Assembly (NCBI GenBank): GCA_041613315.1
Contig: JBFJHJ010000005.1
Span: forward strand, 1-64,000
Direction: 5' to 3'
DNA length: 64,000 bases
From: Gemmatimonadales bacterium
Lineage (GTDB): Bacteria; Gemmatimonadota; Gemmatimonadetes; Gemmatimonadales; GWC2-71-9
Of the stretch, positions 1-9,702 are shown in pieces. The notes beneath the pieces are model-generated. The model did no database searches. It was not told where the DNA came from and saw only the letters and a list, made by a program, of their open reading frames with translations. The position numbers and the translations under genes are program-made. Position 1 is the stretch's first letter, and each line of letters begins with the position of its first letter.

Positions 1-402
1 CAAGCGTTCGACGCCGCGCTGCGCGTGATGCACGTGATCGAGCCGCTGCCTTTTGCGGCGGAGCTTCGGGGGTTCGTCGACCAGCCGGCGTACATCGAGG
101 CGGCCACATTAGTGGTCGAGACGACACTGTGGCCACGCGTGCGGTTCCCCGGTGCCGAGTGCGTCCTCCGCCATGGCTGGGCCCAGCGAGCGATCGAGTT
201 CGAGGCGGCGCGGTGGGGGGCCGACCTCCTGGTGGTGGGATCGCACGGCCGGAGCTGGTTCGATCGAACCGTCCTCGGCAGCGTGACCCAGGGTCTGCTG
301 AATGACTTGCCGGCCTCGCTCCTCGTGGTACCCATCCGCACCGTCGCGCCGTTAGACGCCTCCGACAGCGAGACGCGAAACACCGAGGCGGCGGTCCGCT
401 GA
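1..402 (+). CDS. Universal stress protein (C-terminal part, truncated by window start)
   Basis: Open from base 1; USP motif ADLLVVGSHGRSWFDRTVLGSVT...LLVVP. Confidence 0.9.
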   Translation, partial: QAFDAALRVMHVIEPLPFAAELRGFVDQPAYIEAATLVVETTLWPRVRFPGAECVLRHGWAQRAIEFEAARWGADLLVVGSHGRSWFDRTVLGSVTQGLLNDLPASLLVVPIRTVAPLDASDSETRNTEAAVR

Positions 403-502
403 TCTCGACTTGCGCCGGCGGGACTCGACGCGCACGGCGCGGCGCGCCACCTTTGTGGGACGCCCGGCCGAACGGCCGGCCCGCCGGAAAGGAGTGATCG
501 CC

Positions 503-688
503 ATGGCACCCGAACGTCTCGACGTTACCGACGTGAATGCGGCGGAGCGTCTCGCGGTCATGGAGAAGCGCCTCGCCGACCTCACCGCACAAGTCCAGCA
601 TCTGGCCCACCACGTGGACCGGCTCGAACGCCTGCGGCGCGAAGTTGCGAATCTCAAGGTGGAAGTGGAGGAGCGTTCGGAACTGTGA
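503..688 (+). CDS. Small coiled-coil hypothetical protein (61 aa)
   Basis: SD AAAGGAG before ATG at 503; heptad-like sequence; stop overlaps next start (GTGA). Confidence 0.65.
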   Translation: MAPERLDVTDVNAAERLAVMEKRLADLTAQVQHLAHHVDRLERLRREVANLKVEVEERSEL

Positions 689-1569
689 GCCTCGGGGCGG
701 ACCCCGAGCGGCTCCGCCAACACGTTGCCGCGCTCGCGATGCCGCGCCACCCGCGGGCCGCCGCCGACGCCCTACGGGCCGCCGAGGATTACGTAGCCGT
801 TGAGCTCGCCAGAACGGGCTTTCACGTCGAACGCCATCCGTTCGAGTTTCGCAGCAACCACTACTATAACGTCGTCGCGTCCAGCGGCAGCGGCCCCCCG
901 ACGGCGCCGCGCGTGCTCGTGGGCGCGCACTTCGACTCCGTCCCTGGAACGCCCGGTGCTGACGACAATGCGAGCGGCATCGCCGGCGTGTTGGAGGCGG
1001 CGCGGCTGCTCGCCGGCAAGACCTTCGAGCGCACGCTCGAGCTGGTGGGATTCAACCTCGAGGAACCACAGGGCGTCACGTACCGCGTCGGCAGTCGCGC
1101 GTTCGCAGCCGACGCGCGGCGCCGGCGCGTTCGCTACACGGGGGCGCTCATCCTCGAGATGATCGGGTATACCGATCCCGCGCCACGGAGTCAGCGCGTA
1201 CCGGCCCTGCTGTTCTGGAAGCGCGTCCCGCGGACCGGCACGTTCCTCGCGGCGACGGGCGACGGACAATCGGCGGCGCTCCTGCGAACGTTCGCGGCGG
1301 CTTCACGGGAAGCGGTCCCCGAGCTCGACGTCGTGATGTTTCGGACGCCGTTCCGCGGCTGGCTGGTACCCCACACCCGGCTCTCCGACAACGCGTCGTT
1401 TTGGGATCAGGGCTATCCCGCCCTCATGCTCACCGACACCGCGTTCTTGCGAAATCCCCACTACCACACCGCCGGTGACCGGGTCGCGACGCTGGACTTC
1501 GAGTTCATGGCGAAGGTCACGAACGCTGTCGTCGCGGCGGCCGACCGCCTCGCGTCTTCCGACCCCTGA
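685..1569 (+). CDS. M28 family peptidase
   Basis: VGAHFDS, PGADDNASG, FNLEE, SDNASF, YH motifs. Confidence 0.9.
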   Translation: MSLGADPERLRQHVAALAMPRHPRAAADALRAAEDYVAVELARTGFHVERHPFEFRSNHYYNVVASSGSGPPTAPRVLVGAHFDSVPGTPGADDNASGIAGVLEAARLLAGKTFERTLELVGFNLEEPQGVTYRVGSRAFAADARRRRVRYTGALILEMIGYTDPAPRSQRVPALLFWKRVPRTGTFLAATGDGQSAALLRTFAAASREAVPELDVVMFRTPFRGWLVPHTRLSDNASFWDQGYPALMLTDTAFLRNPHYHTAGDRVATLDFEFMAKVTNAVVAAADRLASSDP

Positions 1570-1600
1570 CCCCGGCCGCCACCGGCGGTCGGGCCACACT

Positions 1601-1655
1601 CTGAACCGACCTTCACGCCAATCTGGCCCGGGGCTCACGGTCCGGCAGTGAGACT
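1601..1655 (+). promoter_or_regulatory. Putative response-regulator direct-repeat site and -10
   Basis: Half-sites CTGA 1601, TTCA 1612, CTCA 1634 in 11-bp phase; GAGACT 16 nt after the start of the last. Confidence 0.45.
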
Positions 1656-1682
1656 GCCGGTGGGCAACGACTGCCAGCGACC

Positions 1683-2186
1683 ATGCGCAACGAAACACGA
1701 CTTGTCATGACCGGCGGCTTGTTCGGGGGCCTGCTCGGTTACGCCACTATTGTGGTGTTCTTTGCCCTGCTCAACCTCGCCGCCGGACGCTCGATCTTCT
1801 ACACGGCGGCCCTGTTCGGATCGTCGATGTTCTACGGGCTCTCGGACCCGGAGGCGCTCGTGATCGCGCCCGGCCCCGTGCTGTCGTTCAACATGGTGCA
1901 CCTCCTGGCCTTTCTCGCTACCGGCTTTCTTGTCTCGTGGCTGATCGAGGAGGCCGAAGAGCACCCCGTCGCGCGCTACGCGATCCTGATCGCCCTGATC
2001 TTCGTGGCGGCGCATCTGTACGCGGGGATCCTGCTGTTCGCGCAACCACTCCTGGCGTCGTCGGGGTGGTGGCAGATCGGACTCGCGAGTGTGGCGGCCG
2101 CCGGCGTCATGGGGTGGTTCCTGCTGCGGCTGCACCCGAGGCTGCGGCGCGAGCTGCGGGAGATCCCGATGGGCGACGAGGGGTAG
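1683..2186 (+). CDS. Hypothetical integral membrane protein
   Basis: 4-5 hydrophobic segments. Confidence 0.8.
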   Translation: MRNETRLVMTGGLFGGLLGYATIVVFFALLNLAAGRSIFYTAALFGSSMFYGLSDPEALVIAPGPVLSFNMVHLLAFLATGFLVSWLIEEAEEHPVARYAILIALIFVAAHLYAGILLFAQPLLASSGWWQIGLASVAAAGVMGWFLLRLHPRLRRELREIPMGDEG

Positions 2187-2275
2187 TTCGAAGGACCTTG
2201 CACCACCAGCCGCAGCCCAAGCGCCGCGGGCCGGTCGGACCGGCCGCCGCACCGAATTGACGGCCACCCCGACCT

Positions 2276-2319
2276 GTAACGGCGAATTAATCGTATCTTC
2301 ACCGGCCGCTCGGTACGGT
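2276..2319 (+). promoter_or_regulatory. Direct-repeat array and -10 of hydrogenase operon
   Basis: GTAA 2276, TTAA 2287, TTCA 2298; TACGGT at 2314. Confidence 0.6.
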
Positions 2320-2399
2320 CATCCACGTTTCGTACCCGACCCGGCCGTCGAGCCTGTGCCCCCGTGTGGCCGGAGACCGTCCGACCGGAGATCCTCCGC

Positions 2400-3545
2400 A
2401 TGTTTGATCCGTTTTCTCATCCCTGGGCCGACGGGGACACGCTCGGCCAGCATCTCGCGTCGCGGGGTGTGAGCCGCCGGGAGTTCCTCGCCTTCTGCGG
2501 CGAGCTGTGTGCGATCCTGGGCTTGGGCCAAGCGATGGTGCCGAAGGTCGCAGACGCGCTCCAGCAACAGCGCCGCCCCACCGTCATCTGGCTCCAACTC
2601 CAGGAGTGCACCGGCTGCGTCGAGAGCGTGCTCCGGACGTCGGAGCCAACGATCGGTGACCTCGTGCTCGATCTCGTCTCCCTCGACTACCAGCACACGA
2701 TCATGGCGGCGGCGGGTGACGCGGCGGAGCGAGCGCTCAAGAAATCCATGGCCGACAACCGGGGCCGCTATCTGCTCGTCGTGACGGGATCCATCCCGCT
2801 GAAAGACGGCGGCATCTACACCACCATCGGGGGTCGCACGGCCAAGACGATCCTGGAGGAGGCGGGGGCGGGCGCCGCGGCGGTGATCGCCGTGGGGGCG
2901 TGCGCCCATTGGGGGAGTGTGCAGGCCGCGCGGCCGAATCCGACTGGGGCGGTGGGCGTGTCGGAGATCATCACGGACAAGCCGGTGGTCAACATCGCGG
3001 GATGCCCGCCCATCGCCGACGTCGTCACGGCGACCATCGCGCACTACCTCACGTTTGGCCGGATCCCCGGGCTCGACGCGGACGGCCGGCCCCTCTTCGC
3101 GTACGGCGCGCGGATCCACGATCAGTGCCCGCGCCGCGCCAACTACGACGCCGGCCAGTTTGTGGAGGTCTTCGACGACGACGCGGCGCGGCGGGGGTGG
3201 TGTCTGTACAAGGTCGGCTGTAAGGGACCCGCCGCCTTCTCGCCCTGCCCGATCTTCCAATGGAACACGCGGACGAGTTGGCCGATCGGCGCGGGGCACC
3301 CCTGCATTGGCTGCACGGAACGGCACTTCTGGGACACCATGACGCCGTTCTACGGGCGGCTCCCCAACGTGGCCGGCTTCGGCGTCGAGAGCCGAGTGGA
3401 CACCATCGGCGCCGCGCTGGCGGTCGGCGCCGCGGCCGGTGTGGCCGCACACGCGATCGCCACCGGCGTCCATCGGATGCGGCGCGGTCGCGAACTGCCC
3501 GTGATCGACAAGCCGCCGGCGCGGCAGGAGGGTGACCGTGGCTAG
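2400..3545 (+). CDS. hyaA: [NiFe] hydrogenase small subunit (group 1, Tat-exported, C-terminal anchor)
   Basis: Tat motif SRREFL; ECTGC, GCPP, HDQCPRR, WCLYKVGCKGP, HPCIGC; C-terminal TM helix. Confidence 0.95.
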   Translation: MFDPFSHPWADGDTLGQHLASRGVSRREFLAFCGELCAILGLGQAMVPKVADALQQQRRPTVIWLQLQECTGCVESVLRTSEPTIGDLVLDLVSLDYQHTIMAAAGDAAERALKKSMADNRGRYLLVVTGSIPLKDGGIYTTIGGRTAKTILEEAGAGAAAVIAVGACAHWGSVQAARPNPTGAVGVSEIITDKPVVNIAGCPPIADVVTATIAHYLTFGRIPGLDADGRPLFAYGARIHDQCPRRANYDAGQFVEVFDDDAARRGWCLYKVGCKGPAAFSPCPIFQWNTRTSWPIGAGHPCIGCTERHFWDTMTPFYGRLPNVAGFGVESRVDTIGAALAVGAAAGVAAHAIATGVHRMRRGRELPVIDKPPARQEGDRG

Positions 3546-5253
3546 AACCAAAGTCGTCGTCGACCCCATCACGCGCATCGAAGGACACTTGCGTATCGAG
3601 GTGCAAGCGGAAAACGCGCGGATCGCGGACGCGTGGGCATCGTCCACGCAGTTCCGCGGCATTGAGATCATCCTGCAGGGACGTGACCCGCGGGATGCCT
3701 GGGCGTTCACTCAGCGCATCTGCGGCGTGTGCACGGTCGTGCACGCCGTGGCGTCGTGCCGCGCCGTCGAAGACGCGCTCGACATCCGGATCCCGGCCAA
3801 CGCGAACATCATCCGGAATCTCATTCACGGGATGCAGTTCGTTCAGGACCACGTGGTCCACTTCTATCACCTCCACGCCCTCGACTGGGTGGATGTCGTG
3901 AGCGCGTTGTCGGCCGATCCGGCCGGGACGGCGCGGATCGCGCGGCAAGTGTCGCCGTGGCCGAACAACTCGGAGACCTACTTCCGCGAGGTACAGGACC
4001 GCCTCAAGAAATTCGTGTCCGGGGGCCAGCTCGGGATCTTCACTAACGGTTACTGGGGACACCCGGCGTACAAGTTGCCGCCGGAAGTGAACCTGCTCGC
4101 CGTCGCGCACTACCTCGAGGCGCTCGACTGGCAGCGCGACGTGATCCGGCTACACACCGTCTTCGGCGGCAAGAATCCGCACCCCAATTTCCTGGTGGGC
4201 GGCATGGCGTCGGCGATCAACCTCGACGACACCGCGACCATCAACGCCGAACGCCTCACGGATATCCGCGACATGATCCGGCGGGCGCGGCGGTTCGTCG
4301 AACAGGTGTACTGGCCCGATCTGGTGGCGATCGCCGGCTTCTACAAGGACTGGGCGGCGATCGGCGGGGGGACCGGCAACTTCCTCGCCGTCGGTGAGTT
4401 CCCGGAAAACGATGTCCGCGATCCGGCTTCCCTCTATCTCCCGCGCGGTATCATCCTGGGAAAGAACCTGAACGAGGTTCATCCCTACGACCACGAGAAG
4501 GTCAAGGAGTACGTCACGCACTCCTGGTATGAGTATGCGGGCGGCGATGAGGTGGGATTGCACCCCTGGGAGGGGGAGACGAAGGCGAAGTACGTCGGCC
4601 CCAACCCGCCGTGGACCTTCCTCCAGGACGAAGACAAGTACTCGTGGATGAAGGCGCCTCGGTACGACGGGCAGCCTATGGAGGTGGGACCCCTGGCCCG
4701 CATGCTCGTGGCGTACGGCGCCGGCCATGAGGGCGCCCGGGAGCTGGTGACCGAGGTGTTGAGCCGGCTTGGGGTGGGCCCCGCCGCGCTCTTTTCCACC
4801 TTGGGCCGCACGGCCGCCCGTGGCATTGAGACGGTGCTCCTCGCGCACCGTCTGGAGAAGTGGTACGACGACCTCGTCACCCGGATCAAGAGCGGTGACG
4901 TGACGACGTTTACGCGGGATCGCTGGGAGCCCAAGACCTGGCCGCGCGAAGCCCAGGGATACGGCTACCTCGACGCGCCCCGCGGCGCTCTGGGACACTG
5001 GGTCCAGATCCGGAACGAGAAGATCTCCCGCTATCAATGCGTCGTTCCCAGCACGTGGAACTGCTCGCCTCGGGACGCGGCCGGCCAGATGGGCCCGTAC
5101 GAGTCGGCGCTGGTGGACAACCACCCGCTCGTCGACCCCGAGCGTCCCGTCGAGATCCTCCGCACCATCCACTCGTTCGATCCGTGCATGGCCTGCGGCG
5201 TTCATGTCCTCGACGCAGCGGGTGAGCTGGTCACCGAGGTGAAGGTCCAATGA
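3532..5253 (+). CDS. hyaB: [NiFe] hydrogenase large subunit
   Basis: DPITRIEGH; L1 QRICGVCTVVH; L2 SFDPCMACGVH followed by a cleavable C-terminal tail. Confidence 0.97.
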   Translation: MTVARTKVVVDPITRIEGHLRIEVQAENARIADAWASSTQFRGIEIILQGRDPRDAWAFTQRICGVCTVVHAVASCRAVEDALDIRIPANANIIRNLIHGMQFVQDHVVHFYHLHALDWVDVVSALSADPAGTARIARQVSPWPNNSETYFREVQDRLKKFVSGGQLGIFTNGYWGHPAYKLPPEVNLLAVAHYLEALDWQRDVIRLHTVFGGKNPHPNFLVGGMASAINLDDTATINAERLTDIRDMIRRARRFVEQVYWPDLVAIAGFYKDWAAIGGGTGNFLAVGEFPENDVRDPASLYLPRGIILGKNLNEVHPYDHEKVKEYVTHSWYEYAGGDEVGLHPWEGETKAKYVGPNPPWTFLQDEDKYSWMKAPRYDGQPMEVGPLARMLVAYGAGHEGARELVTEVLSRLGVGPAALFSTLGRTAARGIETVLLAHRLEKWYDDLVTRIKSGDVTTFTRDRWEPKTWPREAQGYGYLDAPRGALGHWVQIRNEKISRYQCVVPSTWNCSPRDAAGQMGPYESALVDNHPLVDPERPVEILRTIHSFDPCMACGVHVLDAAGELVTEVKVQ

Positions 5254-5984
5254 CGAACACGGCGATGCCGGCCGAACCGACCGCCGCGATGGCGCGTCGC
5301 GGCGAGTCGACGCACTGCTGGGTGTATCTGTGGCACCTGCCCGTCCGGGTGATGCACTGGATCGCGGCCGTCGCTGTCGTGGCGCTGATCGTCACGGGCT
5401 TCTACATCGGCCGACCCTATTTCATGACGGGCGGGGAGGCCGCGTCACCGTTCACGATGGGTTGGATGCGGTTCATCCACTTTACGTCCGCCGCGGTGCT
5501 GATCGCCACGGGGATCGTGCGCATGTACTGGCTGTTCGTGGGCAACCGCTACGAGCGCTGGAAATCGCTGTTCCCGTACCATCCCACGGACTGGAAGAAC
5601 GCCTACCGGGTTCTGAAGAAGTACGTCTTGGTCATTCCCGAACGGGCGCCCCATTACCTGGGTCATAATCCCTTGCAGCAGATCAGCTACACCGCCCTGT
5701 ACGGCGTGGTGGTGGTGCAGGCGCTGACCGGGTTCGCGATGTACGGGCAGTCGACTCCCGGCGGGTTCTTCCATACCACCTTTGGATGGGTGACATCGTT
5801 GCTCGGCGGTATCCAAATGTTGCACTTCGTGCACCACGTGCTCACGTGGGTGTTCATCATTTTCATTCCCATCCACATCTACCTGACGGTGCGCGCCGAC
5901 GCGCTCCACCGCGAGGGGCGGGTGTCCTCGATGATCAGCGGCGGCCGGTTCGTCCGGTGCGACCTCGACTACGTCGATGACTGA
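5250..5984 (+). CDS. hyaC: Ni/Fe-hydrogenase cytochrome b subunit
   Basis: VRVMHW, RFIHF, GHNPLQ, HHVLTW, IHIY, SMISG. Confidence 0.93.
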   Translation: MTNTAMPAEPTAAMARRGESTHCWVYLWHLPVRVMHWIAAVAVVALIVTGFYIGRPYFMTGGEAASPFTMGWMRFIHFTSAAVLIATGIVRMYWLFVGNRYERWKSLFPYHPTDWKNAYRVLKKYVLVIPERAPHYLGHNPLQQISYTALYGVVVVQALTGFAMYGQSTPGGFFHTTFGWVTSLLGGIQMLHFVHHVLTWVFIIFIPIHIYLTVRADALHREGRVSSMISGGRFVRCDLDYVDD

Positions 5985-6489
5985 CCGGCCCGGCGGGGGA
6001 ACCGTCGTGATCGGCCTCGGGAATCCGCTCATGGCGGACGACGGCCTGGGGCTCGCCGCGCTGGAGGCCCTGCGGCACGGGTGGACGTTCGAGCCGCACG
6101 TGGAGCTCGTGGACGGCGGGACGTGGGGCATGAACCTGCTGTACCTCATTGAGGACGCCGACCGTGTGCTGTTGCTGGACGCGATCAACGTCGAGGCGCC
6201 CCCGGGTGACGTGGTCGAGCTGGAGCGCGACGCCCTGCCACGGATGTTCGGGCTCAAGATCTCGCCGCACCAGATTGACATGCGCGAAGTCCTGGCGTTG
6301 GCACAGCTCCGTGACACACTGCCACGGGAGATCGTGGCCATGGGGCTTCAGCCCGAGCGGGTGGAGATGTCCACGGAGGTCACGCCCGCGCTCCGCGCCG
6401 GGCTGCCGGCGCTCACGGAGCGCGCGCTCGCGCGGCTCGCCGCCTGGGGCCACCACTCTCGAGCGCGGAGCACCGCGGTCCGTGCATGA
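5977..6489 (+). CDS. hyaD: Hydrogenase maturation protease
   Basis: GLGNPLMADDGLG, DGGT, LDA, SPHQ. Confidence 0.93.
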   Translation: MTDRPGGGTVVIGLGNPLMADDGLGLAALEALRHGWTFEPHVELVDGGTWGMNLLYLIEDADRVLLLDAINVEAPPGDVVELERDALPRMFGLKISPHQIDMREVLALAQLRDTLPREIVAMGLQPERVEMSTEVTPALRAGLPALTERALARLAAWGHHSRARSTAVRA

Positions 6490-6742
6490 GATGAGCATCG
6501 CGCTCGAAGTGTGCCGAATAACGGAAGCGCACGTCGGCCGGGACCAGCTTCCGCACGTCGTGAGCGTCGCTCTCGAGATCGGTGACGATGCCGGCGTGGA
6601 AGTGGAGAACTTGCAGTTCTGCCTCGAAGCGCTCCTGGCTCACCCGCCCTTCGCCGGCGCCACGCCGGTGATCGCTCGGCGGCCGGGCGACGTGCTTCGG
6701 GTGACGCAGCTGGAGGTGGATGATGGCCATCCGAACCATTGA
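6482..6742 (+). CDS. hypA: Hydrogenase nickel chaperone HypA, short form
   Basis: GTG start gives MHEMSIA; LQFC; position before hypB; no CxxC motifs. Confidence 0.85.
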   Translation: MHEMSIALEVCRITEAHVGRDQLPHVVSVALEIGDDAGVEVENLQFCLEALLAHPPFAGATPVIARRPGDVLRVTQLEVDDGHPNH

Positions 6743-7394
6743 CGTACGGGAACGTGTGATGGCGAAGAACGACGAGTTGGCCGCCGAGGTTCGCCGGCGG
6801 CTCGCCGCGCACCGGGTCCGCGCGTTCAACCTGGTATCGTCGCCCGGATCGGGGAAGACGCTGCTGCTGGAGCGCACACTGGCACGGCTCGGCTGGCAGT
6901 TCGAGATCGCCGTCATCACGGGCGACGTGCAGACGCGCAATGACGCCGAACGATTGGCCCGACACACCGATCAGTTGGTCCAGGCCGTGGTGACGGGCGG
7001 CGCCTGCCACCTCGACGCGCGCCAGATAATGGCGGCCCTCGAGGCGATCGACCTCGCACAGACCGACATCCTCTTCATCGAGAACGTTGGCAACTTGGTC
7101 TGCCCCGCGAGCTGGGACCTCGGAGAGGCCGCGAAGATCGTCGTGTTCTCCGTCACCGAGGGTGAGGACAAGCCGCTCAAGTATCCGAAGATGTTCCAGC
7201 AGGCCGCGTACGCCGTCCTCAACAAGATGGATCTGCTGCCGTATCTGGAGTTCGACGTGCAGCGCGCCGTCGGCTACGCACGCGAGATCAATCCCGGCCT
7301 CCAGTTCTTCTTCACTTCGGCGCTGACCGGGCTCGGCCTCGACGAGTGGATTGAGTTCGTTCGCACCCAGACCGCGGAGGTCGCCACCGCGTGA
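6720..7394 (+). CDS. hypB: Hydrogenase nickel-insertion GTPase HypB
   Basis: SPGSGKT, GGACHLDA, ENVGNLVCP, KPLKYP, NKMD. Confidence 0.96.
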   Translation: MMAIRTIDVRERVMAKNDELAAEVRRRLAAHRVRAFNLVSSPGSGKTLLLERTLARLGWQFEIAVITGDVQTRNDAERLARHTDQLVQAVVTGGACHLDARQIMAALEAIDLAQTDILFIENVGNLVCPASWDLGEAAKIVVFSVTEGEDKPLKYPKMFQQAAYAVLNKMDLLPYLEFDVQRAVGYAREINPGLQFFFTSALTGLGLDEWIEFVRTQTAEVATA

Positions 7395-9700
7395 CGGCCG
7401 GCCTTCCCGGGACCGCAGAGCGCGTTGCGCTCCTGCTGCACGTGCGCGGCGTCGTGCAGGGAGTGGGGTTCCGGCCTTTCGTACACCGCTTGGCGCTCCG
7501 AGAAGGTCTGCGAGGGTGGGTGCGGAATGAGTCGGGCGAGGTACGCATCGCCATCGAGGGAACGTATGAACGTCTCCTCGCCTTCCTGACGGCCCTGGTG
7601 CACGACTCGCCGCCGCTCAGCCGCATAGACTCGCTCGAGATCGAGCCGACCGACCCAAGGCATCCGGAAGGCTTCGAGATCGCGGTGAGCCTCACCGATC
7701 AGGCGGAACGCCGCCAGTTGATCGCGCCCGATGTAGCGATGTGCCCGGCGTGCGAGAGCGAGTTGGTGGAACCCGGTAATCGCCGTTTCCGGTATCCGTT
7801 CATCACCTGCACCGACTGCGGTCCACGATTCACCGTGATCGAGTCGATGCCGTACGATCGAGAGCGGACGAGCATGCGCGCCTTCACGCAGTGCTCCGAC
7901 TGTCTCCGCGAGTACACGACGCCGTGGGACCGGCGGTATCACTCCGAAACGAATAGCTGCCCGGCCTGCGGGCCCCGTCTCACGCTCCTCGCGGCCGATC
8001 CGGGCTCCGCGCCCCAGGTTCGCACCGACCCGATCGCGTCGGCGGCACGGCTGCTTCGACTCGGGCTCATCGTCGCCGTGCGCGGCCTTGGCGGCTTCCA
8101 CCTTGCGGTCGATGCCACGAACGACGAGGCCGTCCGCCGACTCCGTCGCCGCAAGGGGCGCGAAAGGAAGCCCCTGGCCGTGATGGTGCGAACGCTTGAC
8201 GACGCCCGTCGCGTCGCCGTGATCGGCCCTACGGAGGAGCGGCTGTTGACCGGCCGCGAGCGCCCGATCGTGCTCCTGCGCCGCCTGCCACAGTCCGGAC
8301 TCGCCGCGTCGGTTGCGCCGGGTCTGACGGACGTGGGCCTGATGACCGCGTACACCCCGCTCCATCATGTGCTGCTGGACGCGGTCCAGCGCCCGCTCGT
8401 GATGACCAGCGGCAACGCGAGTGAAGAGCCGATTGCCACCGGTGTGGACGAGGCGCGGCAGCGGTTGCGTGACATCGCAGACGCGTTTCTCGTGCATGAC
8501 CGCGAGATCGTCGCCCGATACGACGACTCGGTGGTGCGGGTGGTCGAAGATACTCCGGTCTTCCTCCGCCGCGCACGCGGCTACGCGCCGCTGCCGCTCG
8601 AGTTGCCGCTCGCCGCGGTCCGGCCGCTGGTCGCGGTCGGCCCCCACCTGAAGAACACCTTCACGCTGGCCCAGGGCCGCACCGCCTGGGTCAGCCAGCA
8701 CATCGGCGATCTGGACGACCTCGAAACGCTGGAATACTTCCGCCGAACGCTTGCGGAGTATCGGCGACTCTTCGGGGTGGATCCCGACATCGCGGTGCGC
8801 GACGCGCACCCCGGGTACCTCTCGACGCGCGTGGCCGACGAGCTGGGGCTCGAGCACGTGATCTCGGTCCAGCACCACCACGCACACATCGCCGCCGTGG
8901 CCGCCGAACATGGCCGCACCGACCGCGTGGTGGGCGTGGCGTATGACGGCACCGGTTACGGGGACGACGGGACCGTGTGGGGCGCAGAAGTCCTCGTCGC
9001 GAACCTGGCCGGCTACGAGAGAGTTGGGCACCTCACCGCTGCGCCCCTCCCCGGAGGCGACCTCGCAATTCGCCGGCCGTGGCGGGCCGCCCTTGGGTAC
9101 CTCTCTCTCGCTCCGGAGGCAGCGTCGGCCTTCGCCCGCGCGTTCCACGGGGTCGACCCCGCAGAGCGCGAGCTGGCGACGCGTCAGATCGAGCGCCGGT
9201 TGAACGCGCCGCTCGCATCCTCGATGGGACGCCTGTTCGACGCCGCGGCCGCCGTCCTCGGCGTGCGCGGCGTCGCCCACTACGAGGGCCAGGCCGCCAT
9301 GGAACTCGAGGCGTTGGCCGGCGAGCGCGTCGGGGCCGCGCTGCCGTTTCCGCTCGGCGAGGACACAGACGGCCGCTGGCTCCTCGACCCGCTCCCGCTC
9401 CTCGTGGCGCTGGGCGAGGGCATCCAGCGCGGCATATCGGCTGCCGACCTCGCCGCAGCGTTTCATGAGAGCGTCGCCGTCGCGACGTCCGAGCTGGCGT
9501 GTCGCGCCGCCCGGCGAGCCGGCCTCGACACGGTCGCTCTGGGAGGCGGGGTATTCCAAAACGCCCGGCTACTTGCGGCCACCCGGCGACGACTCGAAGA
9601 TGAGCGGCTGCACGTGCTCGTGCCCCAGCGGTTGAGTCCCAATGACGGTGCCATCAGCTACGGTCAGGCGGCCGTCGCGGCGGCGCTCCTGGAGCGGTGA
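7391..9700 (+). CDS. hypF: Carbamoyltransferase HypF
   Basis: GVVQGVGFRPFV, CxxC-x18-CxxC zinc fingers, QHHHAH, NDGAISYGQ. Confidence 0.97.
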   Translation: MTAGLPGTAERVALLLHVRGVVQGVGFRPFVHRLALREGLRGWVRNESGEVRIAIEGTYERLLAFLTALVHDSPPLSRIDSLEIEPTDPRHPEGFEIAVSLTDQAERRQLIAPDVAMCPACESELVEPGNRRFRYPFITCTDCGPRFTVIESMPYDRERTSMRAFTQCSDCLREYTTPWDRRYHSETNSCPACGPRLTLLAADPGSAPQVRTDPIASAARLLRLGLIVAVRGLGGFHLAVDATNDEAVRRLRRRKGRERKPLAVMVRTLDDARRVAVIGPTEERLLTGRERPIVLLRRLPQSGLAASVAPGLTDVGLMTAYTPLHHVLLDAVQRPLVMTSGNASEEPIATGVDEARQRLRDIADAFLVHDREIVARYDDSVVRVVEDTPVFLRRARGYAPLPLELPLAAVRPLVAVGPHLKNTFTLAQGRTAWVSQHIGDLDDLETLEYFRRTLAEYRRLFGVDPDIAVRDAHPGYLSTRVADELGLEHVISVQHHHAHIAAVAAEHGRTDRVVGVAYDGTGYGDDGTVWGAEVLVANLAGYERVGHLTAAPLPGGDLAIRRPWRAALGYLSLAPEAASAFARAFHGVDPAERELATRQIERRLNAPLASSMGRLFDAAAAVLGVRGVAHYEGQAAMELEALAGERVGAALPFPLGEDTDGRWLLDPLPLLVALGEGIQRGISAADLAAAFHESVAVATSELACRAARRAGLDTVALGGGVFQNARLLAATRRRLEDERLHVLVPQRLSPNDGAISYGQAAVAAALLER

Positions 9701-9702
9701 CA

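Noticed and set aside
3532..5253. Possible [NiFeSe] hydrogenase
   Set aside because: L2 motif is DPCMAC with ordinary Cys codons and no in-frame TGA
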